From: Paraphysomonas bandaiensis
Lineage: Eukaryota; Protista; Chrysophyceae
DNA: 64,000 nucleotides
Assembly (NCBI GenBank): GCA_965644295.1
Contig: CBFFRP010000380.1
Coordinates: 62,001-126,000 of the forward strand
Direction of reading: 5' to 3'
The position numbers and the translations under genes are program-made. The first letter of the stretch is position 1. Every line of letters starts with the position of its first letter. The notes under the pieces are model-generated. The model had not been told where the DNA came from. It did no database searches and saw only the letters and a list, made by a program, of their open reading frames with translations. This document shows, piece by piece, positions 53,886-64,000 of the stretch.

Positions 53886-56335
53886 CTCTCTCTGTATATA
53901 TGATCTGATGTGTTATATATGTTGAACCTTGCAATTCTAATCAATTCACTTGAATTTTCATGTATGTATATGACATCATCACTTCTAGACTTGCATCGTC
54001 AGTTGAACAGCCTGCATACACACAAACACACACTCCTGCCGTGTGTGTATATGCATGAACAGTAGATGGTGTTTTCCCAGCTGACAATAATTCCGGAATT
54101 TTAACTATTATAGTATATAAAAGTTGTTTTTTTTGCTGTACATACACCACTATTTCACCTATTTTCTACAGTAGCAATTCAAGCGTCAGTATTGTACAGC
54201 ATGTTTATGGTTGGAGAAGATATGCATATAGATATGGAATAAACGAGAATGTAAGCATCCTTCATGAGGGAGAACCAGTTGAAGAGGTAGTCTATGAAGG
54301 AAGAGGACAGTTATCCCTTAGTACATATATCTGGAACAAGCAGTGGATTGATATTATGAGTGAGTAGTAATATTCATGAGTTCGTATTACGATATGGCGA
54401 TAGAAGGGTTATAAGTAGCAATACATGCACTGAGTGACTGTATCGACAATTAAACCATCAGGTATTTGTAATCGTGACACAGAAAAAAGGGTATGCAATT
54501 ACCATCACAAGATTGCAGTATCCCGAGCAGTCTTGCAGTTTCAGGAGCACGCTTAAAATCATTTTTGGACCGATAGAGTTAAATGGTATGAAGAGATATA
54601 TGTATGAATGTATACATTAGTTTTGACTGTAGAAATTAAGGAGTTAGCCGAGTGCCATCATACGGGGATAATATGTATGTCGAATTGACAAGTGAACTAT
54701 GCTAGTACCTTTACAGGGGATGCTAAATTTGTTTCTGTCAAAACAATGTAATCCTTTAAAATTGTTTGTTAAGAGCTATTTAATATCAGTGGTTTCATGT
54801 AGCTAGCATCTAGTAGGCAATCATGTCTCTACAGGATTCTTCGTCAAGACTTCCACCACTGTCTTTCCTAACCCACCTTTGCAGTATGAACACTTTTCAT
54901 TAGCTTATTAGCAAGTATTTTCTCAACGTTTAATATCATAATTTCTTTGAACTACTTTCTGCTTAACCATCCTTCATAATTAAGGAAAGTAGTGCGCAGG
55001 AGTTTGAACACGTCAGCACAAGTGCTTAATTATTAAACAGACTAAATATCTTTCTTGAGCTACCATATTTAGGGGTTTATTTAAAAATCACTAAGAGCTG
55101 CCCGTATGGGCCAAGTCCAGGTTCAACACTTACTTGAAGCTGTCGCTGTCTGCTATACACACATCTTGCAATAAAAAAAGTTTAAATAGTAGTGGTCTAT
55201 AGTATTTTATGTTTCATACATCAATAGTAACATAAATACTGTCAAGATAATAGTGCCGATCTTCAATAGCGCTTCAAAAGAAATTGGATTTCGTAGTCCA
55301 TAGAACGATATCTCAAATCTTCGCAAATGCAAGCTGATTAGGGCCTCATATTAGGTGTTACTCGTAAGCAGTAGGGTTGATAAGTCTATCGAACGATTCC
55401 TGGATACTATATCAAGCATGTGCGTAAGTACGAACACCATCGCATAGAGAACAGTCATAACACCTCAAAGTTATCCGGAGTTCATTTTTCGACATATTTG
55501 ATACCTCAAACGCTCGGTATATATAGCCGAAATATGAACTACTTTTTAAACAAAATCCAACGATACATAAACATAGACCACTGTAGAGTTACCACACCAA
55601 CAGAATAGAGATATATGGTTAAATGCTACGGTTACGACCTGCATATTCATACACAATACATTATAATGCTAGTTATCCAAAATCATATACAAAGTATGAT
55701 AGTTAGATAATTCATCCTCCACATCCATACATTCTTGAAGTTATAGCATATAGTGCAGGCACGAAAGACATGTAGCTATCTATTGAGTGGGGTTGCTACT
55801 ATTAATTCATTGTTAGAGATCTGATTCATTTGGAAACTGCACTTGTGTATAGGATTAGTGGATACTGTGCTTGTATGCACAGCTACGTTGCATGTATGAT
55901 GAAGCTTTACAGTTAAGTGTTATTGTTGTTGTATATCTTTACAGTGGACAGATTCAACAGTCGGTACTTTCATATATGTACTTATGCACTTATGTTCACA
56001 ATGATCGTGTACATATCCCACAAAGTACGTACTCTCGTAATCTGTATTCCACTAAAATACGGCTTATGGTAACTGCTCTCTACAGAGGTGTATGTGTACA
56101 CGCATAGCAGTGCTGGTGTGTGACTATAGAGATGTGTGTACAGTCGTATGTGTATGAGTTTAACTGTTACAGTCAATGGGGTCTCTCTATACGTATATAT
56201 ATGCATGTATATATCTGTTAACTAGAGGCGTTAACACCATAGAGAACAGTAAATATCTCAATCAGTGAGATTGACAACATCATCCAGTACCTCATGCATC
56301 GATCGTATCGATATATCTGACATTAACTTTTACAA

Positions 56336-59300
56336 ATGTCAAGTAAACGCACTACACTAATCGGTCGACACTTTGATACCGTTGCATTAGACTATGATAA
56401 TGGTTCAATGGGAAGTATTGGAGGAGTCAGTCGTTCAACAGGTGTGGATAGTTTGAGTTATGGTTCTATTGATTCTTCAAAAAAATATCCTGGAAGTACA
56501 CTTTCTGCGCAATTAGCCAATGAGCGATTTATAAGAAAACAATATTTAGAAAAACGTGCACAACGACTAAAAGAACGACTTAAAGATCGTCCTTATGATC
56601 GCAGAGCATTAACAGAATATGCTGATGTACTTTATGAACAAAAGAATTATTTAATTGCTCAAAAGATTATCAAACGTGCTCTTGGGTGTGGTGATTTCTC
56701 AGGGTCTTGGTACTTGCGACTAGGAAAATGCAGTTTTCGTCGTTGGCTAGTATACAAAGCGCCATATGGTAAGCATACATATAACCGTATTTGGTTATTT
56801 ACATACGAATTCTTAGATTTGGATGGTGCCCTTGATGCCTATAGGATTGCAATGAAGGACCCTGAAATTCAGAAGAATAGAGTGCATTACTTTGAAGTTG
56901 CATCCATGCAGCTGCGTCTTCATAGACACCAGGTTAGTAGTCCTGTCACTACTACTGAAACGTAGTATAACATCCTTGTCAGGCAACGCTAGACCTACTT
57001 GGAACTGTTATGATGCTCTTTCAAGACGACGACAGCTGGATATCCATCGCACAGTACAATATATCACTCATTCTATTTCTGAACAGGCGGTATGCGGATG
57101 CACTAAAGGTATATTATGAGCCTTCGTGTCCGAATCACTTGGTTATGTCTTGACTGGTCTTATGCAGCTGGTGCGTGAACTGAATGTGTCGCGCCTATAT
57201 ATATCAGTAAACAGGGGGGAGGACCACATATTCTACCTTCCTTACCAGATAGATAACATAATTATTGAACTCGAAATTGCAGTCATGTACGTTTTGCAGT
57301 ATGATAATGATGTGACTCTTCGAATTATTTACGCTTTGGTGTAGTCATGATGCCATGGGGAAGAAAAAGATGGCACGTAATCTGCTCTATGAGCTTTGGC
57401 ATCAGGTGGATAAATACAGAGCGAACGGAAATACTCTGCAGTTTGATTTCAAGATGGGAACTACCTCTTTCAAGGAGTGGTACTGCAACTACCAAGTGAG
57501 TGCTTCTTTTGCCTATGGTGGTGTGATTTTTGTTGTGTAGAATTTTGTGCGTTTAGGGGACATGTATCGGGCATCTAATAACTTCGTGATGGCTGCAGAG
57601 ATGTATCGCATGGGTGTCGAACGTCTGTTGGATTGTGAGTGTATTGGATATTTACCCATTATCTATATGCCATGTTCAACTTTTTTGTGTTCACTACACA
57701 TGTTCACAGTGGCGAGCTGGAATCAGCTATTCGAGATGAGTGAGGAAGAGTGGGAGGAAATGGAGCTCGACGACCAGGATGCAGTCCTGGACTGCGTCAT
57801 CACTAGAGCTGAATGTCTTTCTGCTTACGGCAGTCCTACGGAGGTGATATATGATATATCATTCGTCTTAGCTTGCTGACGGACTCAACTGCAGGCAGAG
57901 AGGTGCGCGTGGTTCGTGTTTTCGAAACGACCCAACGACGTGGTTCTCACTGGCAAAGCAGCAAGGTATATACTTATATACGCCAGTAATTTCTGCCTAA
58001 TTTATGATAATGATTATTTTTAGGTGCTGCCGTAATAAGCTACCCGGTAATAAGCAGTTAATCGAAGCGGCGAATACTATCGAGCGTGCGATTCTTTTGG
58101 TGCAGGTAAGATCATATTATCATAGTTTCATAGCACTAAGTAGTTGTCAGTCGAATGCGAGAATTCGAGTGGCGCGTGCTGAGAAAAAGAAACTTCAGTA
58201 TGCCTATAAAGCAGAGTTTATTGTCACATGTAAGCTGTGGGAAAGTATTGTGCTCACTCATCATTCTCTCGCAGCTTTTCTCAAGATGTGTCTTACCCGC
58301 AACCGAACTGCTGCTGACCGACTTGCTAACTGTCCTGTAATGCATATCAACAGCCTTGTCCGGTCATTTCTCGAAGGGAGAATAAAATTAATGAAAACGG
58401 GAAGAGAAAGCGTTGAAAACTGGGTTGAACTTTGGTATTACTCGGCCGTCACGATACAGACGGCGTGTACAAAATGGTTGACACGGATTAAGTACGGAAG
58501 GTTTTTCAAAGGAATTCGTGCTTTTGAGCGCATTGTCAGAGGGCAAATAGCAAGGTCTCGACTTCGCAAATTCATATTGGTACGTCTGTGGTGCTCGTAA
58601 TTGAAAGAGTAATAGCTCTTTTTCTAGAAAATGCAGCAATTTCTGGACGAAAATCCTCCTCCGAAGTCAAGGTTTCTCACTGTGTTATTGAAGAAAATAA
58701 CTCATCGATTATGTAGACAGAAAATGAGTCGCCAGGAGAACCGTCGTATGTCCATTAACTATGAGGTTGTATCTCGAATATGCTGTGGCACGACATGCAT
58801 ATCAAGCGAGGAGTATATACTAGGTTTGAACATTTTCAACTGGATCGTTAACATTTAGCTAATATTTTGCTACCAGGAACTACTCCACTGAATGCCTTTG
58901 CCAGCCCCCTGCGTCAGAAGACAAGATCTGAGAGGAAAACTAAAACAACACTTCCTCCGCACCGAAAGGTATCATTCCTACGTATCTCTTTTTCGTCTTA
59001 CATTGTGATAGCCGATATGGGATAAAGTTGAGTGGTTTGGTGACTTAGCTAAGCGCTCATATTCAGGCGACGGCATAGATCCTGAGCATAGTTGTCGCCT
59101 AGGTACCAGTCACTCCCGAGCCAGTGTTTCTTCTGGACCAAAGAGTGCTGGAGCATCCGCTGTCAACATGTCTATGTCTCGTCCTTTCACTGCCGAAGCT
59201 ATCAAGGGTAGCTGATACACTTCTGTTGTTTTATTTTGAATTACTCATGACTTTTAGAATATGCCGAGGCTCATCCAGACGAAGATGTGATATCTTTCAT

Positions 59301-60620
59301 CAGCTTTTTAAGCGTTAAAGCAGATGTCACGAAGCAGTGGGTTCCGTTTGGTATTTATGTCATTTCCCCTTTATATCGTGTGACGTGTATTCGAAGGAAT
59401 TCTACCGGCAAGAGAAATTGAGCGAACAGTGCAATGTACTGTTTTAGTAATTACGTCTCCATCATTCAGGTTACTGCTCGGTGGTGTGTTTTCTGTGAGA
59501 TTTATGATATGTTGTAGTTGTCAAGATAGCAAGAGGTTTTGCCACGTAGTAGCGCAATCTGCGAAAGATGTGAGTTAAACTTTCCGGCGTTGTACGTTTC
59601 TTATTTGACGGTATAGAGTTGGAGTCGGATGAAGTCCCTCTTCATATATGGTACCCGCATGGGCCCTTCTGGTCTCAAGAATATTATTAATCTAGGAGTC
59701 GCTCATATGAAGGTACTGTTGTGATGTATACGTTTTTTCTTCTTATTTCTTTAGACACTTTCCATTGGGCAAACGAACATGACACATCACTTCGGTGGCT
59801 ACATAGGCAAGTGCATCATATGGAGTAAATTTCTTCTCATATGTACGATTATAGGAAGCCAACTTATTGAGGCTAAGGTATATGACAATTTGTCTACATC
59901 ATCATCGCTTCCACAGAGCGTTCCTATGTCTGTCTCTCTTTATAAGGTGTGTAGCAACAGGAATTACTGCGGATATTTGAGTAACACTGTACGTAGATTT
60001 TCATTGAGAATGAGCCTCTTTTCGGCGACAGGTGACGTTGTATATTTCTGTGTTACTGCTCACAAAGGTACAGGGGAATACAGTCCCTTCTGAAAGGCCT
60101 CGCTCACAACACTTCCGTAAAAATACTTGCTTTGCGTGGATGCAATATTACCAACAGAGGAGCCTCGGCAACCGCAAGTAAGCTGAATGTGAATTTTTTG
60201 TGCCGTTTCTGAACCACGTTGTGCGCAGAGTATATAGGAACATCGTCATCAATAGAAATAATAAACTTAGGAGAAAATCTGTTTTCGTGCGAAGGCTACC
60301 TGAGCATTATTCGCTCCGTAGCTACAAAAGGTTTCAGGGGACGGCTGCATAGCGTCTCTCTGAAGGACCAGACACCGGGATATGCTTCAAAAGCACAATT
60401 AATGGAACTATATGATGTAGGAGTAAACTTGGGGTTAAAAGTAGTATCCGACGAAATTACAGCAAGGGAGGAGACAACATATGAACTGAACAAACGCAAA
60501 GATACAGACCAAGAAGACATCGCTCACATGAGAAAGGTTTTCAAAGATATAGTCAGTGATGACCGTCTCGAAGAAGACGAAATATTAAGTACGAGCTACA
60601 AGAAAGTAATATATTTGTAG
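56336..60620 (+). CDS. Multi-exon TPR, IQ-like and leucine-rich repeat protein
   Basis: N-terminal TPR-like helices (ALTEYADVLYEQKNYLIA, WYLRLGKC), IQ-like AVTIQTAC and FERIVRGQIAR, RNI-type LRRs (NTSVKILALRGCNITNRGA, IINLGENLFS); roughly 20 short introns. Confidence 0.75.
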
Positions 60621-61403
60621 ATTGTGTGTATTGATATATGTGTTAGTTTACAATGCGAAAACATTTCATGTAGCTAATAATTTCTTGACTCAAGTCTACG
60701 ACATCTTTGTTTTAATCAAGCAAAGTTCACTAGCCATGTATACCATAAAAAATACTATAAAAGTTCTTCAAGCAACATGACCTATTATTTGACAACAGTG
60801 CTAAACTGCTAAACTATATTCTTACTTGTTTCTAGTTTCTATACCCACCCGTGGTCGATGCATAATTACAAGAGACATAACAGCGTGATTAACTTAAGGC
60901 AAAGCTTGATATCATGCTAATGGAAATATATTTTCTAACATTTACTCATTGCTTCTGGTAAATTATTTAGTTTCTAGACATTACAACTTCGAAGGCTGAG
61001 CATTTTGGAAATCGGTGAGCAGTGTTGTACTATATACATAAAATTCACACATAAAATGTCAGGGATGCAGGGCTTGAACCATAACAATCGTAGCACGCAA
61101 AAGCTACAACCACTTGTAATATATCATTACCTGATATCAGACACAGAAAGCGGAGTAAAGCATAAAAATTTTTACTGACAAAACGTAAGCACGCAGCTAC
61201 ATTTACAATACTACTGTAATGTCTAATTGTAGTTCATGTAGTCCACAAATATGCATGCGTAAGGAACAAAATCAACCCTGCACAGTGAATTTTTTCAATT
61301 GCATGGTCTAATTGCAACAGCTAGTCTTAACATCATCACTACAATGTGACAAGAATAGTGATAATACAGCAACCATAGCAGATTACTTGTACGAAAACGC
61401 AGC

Positions 61404-62639
61404 TCAATTAGAAGATGCCACACACGCCTTGCATGAGGCGTTCTTCTTTTTTTTCTGCTGATTCGCACTGAATTCTGATTTCTCCAACACTTCACCACAC
61501 TTAGAGCATTGCATATGGCCAGCTGGAACAGCAGATCCTCCCTCAGAGGGGCGATCAACAGATTCAGACGCACGCTCATTATTATTTTCTTCATTTCCTT
61601 CATCATCGGCCTCAGCTTTCCGTCTAGCTGCTTCCTCAGCCTTCTGTCTAGCTGCTTCCTCAGCCTCAGCCTTCTGTCTAGCTGCCTCCTCAGCCTCAGC
61701 CTTCTGTCTAGCTGCTTCCTCAGCCTCAGCCTTCTGTCTAGCTGCCTCCTCAGCCTCAGCCTTCTGTCTAGCTGCCTCCTCTGCCTCAGCCTTCTGTCTA
61801 GCTGCCTCCTCTGCCTCAGCCTTCTGTCTAGCTGCCTCCTCTGCCTCAGCCTTCTGTCTAGCTGCCTCCTCAGCCTCAGCCTTCTGTCTAGCTGCCTCCT
61901 CTGCCTCAGCCTTCTGTCTAGCTGCCTCCTCAGACTCAGCCTTCTGTCTAGCTGCCTCCTCTGCCGCAGCCTTCTGTCTAGCTGCCTCCTCAGACTCAGT
62001 CTTCTGTCTAGCTGCCTCCTCTGCCTCAGCCTTCTGTCTAGCTGCCTCCTCTGCCTCAGCCTTCTGTCTAGCTGCCTCCTCTGCCTCAGCCTTCTGTCTA
62101 GCTGCCTCCTCAGCCTTCTGTCTAGCTGCCTCCTCAGCCTCAGCCTTCTGTCTAGCTGCTTCCTCAGCCTCAGCCTTCTGTCTAGCTGCCTCCTCTGCCT
62201 CAGCTTTCTGTCTAGCTACCTCCTCTGCCTCAGCCTTCTGTCTAGCTGCCTCCTCTGCCTCAGCCTTCTGTCTAGCTGCCTCCTCTGCCGCAGCCTTCTG
62301 TCTAGCTGCCTCCTCAGCCTTCTGTCTAGCTGCCTCCTCAGCCGCAGCCTTCTGTCTAGCTGCCTCCTCAGCCGCAGCCTTCTGTCTAGCTACTTCGTTA
62401 TTCTGAGTGGTCTCTTGCTGAGCTGATGCAGTGACTGTTTTTGTTAATTGTGTTTCTAAATTTTGTCCAGTAGAAGTTTTTGTATCAGTACGATCCGCAT
62501 ATGTGACTTGCAAGTTAACTGCATCGGAATCAACATGCTGGTAGCTAGTAGCAGTAGGTGATGTGTGATCTCCATTCTCTACTAGTGGGGCTTCATCTGA
62601 TGCATTACTTGAGTTCTCAGAACTAAAACAACATCCCAT
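61404..62639 (-). CDS. N-acylated protein with (EEAARQKAEA)n rod and C-terminal CxxC...CxxC zinc finger
   Basis: MGCC start; ~27 tandem repeats; CSKC...FSANQ...CKAC; intronless. Confidence 0.85.
   Translation of the reverse strand: MGCCFSSENSSNASDEAPLVENGDHTSPTATSYQHVDSDAVNLQVTYADRTDTKTSTGQNLETQLTKTVTASAQQETTQNNEVARQKAAAEEAARQKAAAEEAARQKAEEAARQKAAAEEAARQKAEAEEAARQKAEAEEVARQKAEAEEAARQKAEAEEAARQKAEAEEAARQKAEEAARQKAEAEEAARQKAEAEEAARQKAEAEEAARQKTESEEAARQKAAAEEAARQKAESEEAARQKAEAEEAARQKAEAEEAARQKAEAEEAARQKAEAEEAARQKAEAEEAARQKAEAEEAARQKAEAEEAARQKAEAEEAARQKAEAEEAARQKAEEAARRKAEADDEGNEENNNERASESVDRPSEGGSAVPAGHMQCSKCGEVLEKSEFSANQQKKKKNASCKACVASSN
61610..62395. repeat. Coding tandem repeat, 30-nt unit with three 24-nt variants
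   Basis: Unit GCTGCCTCCTCTGCCTCAGCCTTCTGTCTA on the plus strand. Confidence 0.95.
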
Positions 62640-63180
62640 ATTTTAATGTATATGATAATAAATCTTCTATTAATGATTGGAGTTTATTTATGGATTGAAT
62701 GTCTATTTATGTGTGTATTGTTGTATGGTGATTGTTTATGATATGAGGATGAGGCTACATGCTGCTATCTCTGCACTCAACCCCACATATTGAGACATGT
62801 ACTTTAGTACATATCTTTCTATACTATATAGAGTACAGCAGTACATAGTTTTTCAGTACCTTCCTGTACACTGCTGTGTACATACACTCTGCATACCTAC
62901 GTACCCATGTACATGTACTGCTGTACGTGGGTAGATTTGTCAAATAGTCCTAAATTCCTGAAAATCAAGTCATCAAATATCCGGATATCTGGCTCTACAG
63001 GTACCATATCTTTCCCTATATACTCGTACGTCTATGTAGTATGGAGTATAGTGTAGTGCTGTATATTCTTCAGGTCATTGTCCCTCTACATATACACATA
63101 CATACATACATGCATCCTCTCCTCCCCACTCTCACTGTATCATCATATCTCAGTCCTATCAGTCATTACATCCCATCCCT

Positions 63181-63816
63181 ATGATACTATTCACAATCCC
63201 TCTCTTCATCTCTCTACTATCCACACATGCTTTATCTATACCTACAGACAAGACTATATCTACCCATATAGGCGACATCAGTATCCGTATAGTGGGAGAT
63301 GAGAACCATGATAAGATACCTGTCATCGCCATACCAGGAGCTAGCCCTCTATTACAAGATGAATGGATGCCTATCGCTCATATACTGAGTGAGAATGGAT
63401 ATGTTGTATATATACTGAACATACACTCTAATCATAATGCCAAAAAACAGATGGTTCGTATTATTCATGAGGCTGTACTGCATAACACGATAGGTGAAAG
63501 TAAAGCTATTATTATGGGAAAATCTTATGGAGGGGCTGTGGCACAAGCGTTTGCTGTGGCTCATCCAGAAGAAGTAATTAAGTTGTGTCTAGTTGCACCT
63601 GCGAGTTCGGATGAAAGTATGATCAGTGCCTTATATAGTGCTCACATAAAGGTGTTTTTGGCTTGGGCCCGTGACGACACTAATATTCCATTTTCTAACA
63701 CTGCCAAGTGGAGAGAATCTTATAAGAGTGGCTTAACCTTGCATTCGGTAGCTGTTGGGGGACACAGGGTACTAGAGGAGTACGCTAAGCCGATACTCGA
63801 ATTTCTTCAAAAATAA
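63181..63816 (+). CDS. Secreted alpha/beta hydrolase (ABHD14-like)
   Basis: Signal peptide; nucleophile elbow GKSYGG; AWARDD (acid) and GGH (His). Confidence 0.8.
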   Translation: MILFTIPLFISLLSTHALSIPTDKTISTHIGDISIRIVGDENHDKIPVIAIPGASPLLQDEWMPIAHILSENGYVVYILNIHSNHNAKKQMVRIIHEAVLHNTIGESKAIIMGKSYGGAVAQAFAVAHPEEVIKLCLVAPASSDESMISALYSAHIKVFLAWARDDTNIPFSNTAKWRESYKSGLTLHSVAVGGHRVLEEYAKPILEFLQK

Positions 63817-64000
63817 GGCTGTTGTGTAGGCGAACGACTGAATTAATGGTATTTTTATAGTTATTGGGCGGTATAAGCCGTCTTCAAATTGAATGAGCGG
63901 TAATTTCAAGGACTTTAAATATTCAATATAAATGGAACGATGTAATAAATTTACACGAATTAGAATTAGACACTTTTGCTCCCACAGATACCATTGTATT

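Noticed and set aside
61509-62426. 305-aa plus-strand ORF (SLSLLSSC)n
   Set aside because: Antisense shadow of the EEAARQKAEA repeat gene.

Overview
Eukaryotic nuclear DNA with compact genes interrupted by short (~40-60 nt) GT-AG introns and the standard genetic code. The Rab8, centrin and DAW1 sequences suggest a flagellated protist, probably a stramenopile (inference). About 20 protein-coding genes are supported: a partial gene at the left edge, a UBA-PX protein, an IQ protein, DAW1/ODA16, acid lipase, an EXPERA protein, CHMP5, centrin, VAMP7, an equilibrative nucleoside transporter, RPS6, a SAM methyltransferase, a MAP3K, a large IQ/zinc-finger/BAH-like protein, Rab8, rhodanese, a TPR-IQ-LRR protein, a lipid-anchored repeat protein and an alpha/beta hydrolase. 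There are also three identical tRNA-Gly(TCC) genes. The most striking structure is a composite element at 15218-21660: hAT-type terminal inverted repeats with a perfect 8-bp target-site duplication enclose a decayed hAT transposase C-terminus and a nearly intact Ty1/copia gag-pol. The copia has lost almost all of its 5' LTR and now sits directly behind the hAT end. The 36.7-42.2 kb interval is a repeat and pseudogene graveyard. Two minisatellites 41 kb apart share a core motif that also recurs singly upstream of other genes.
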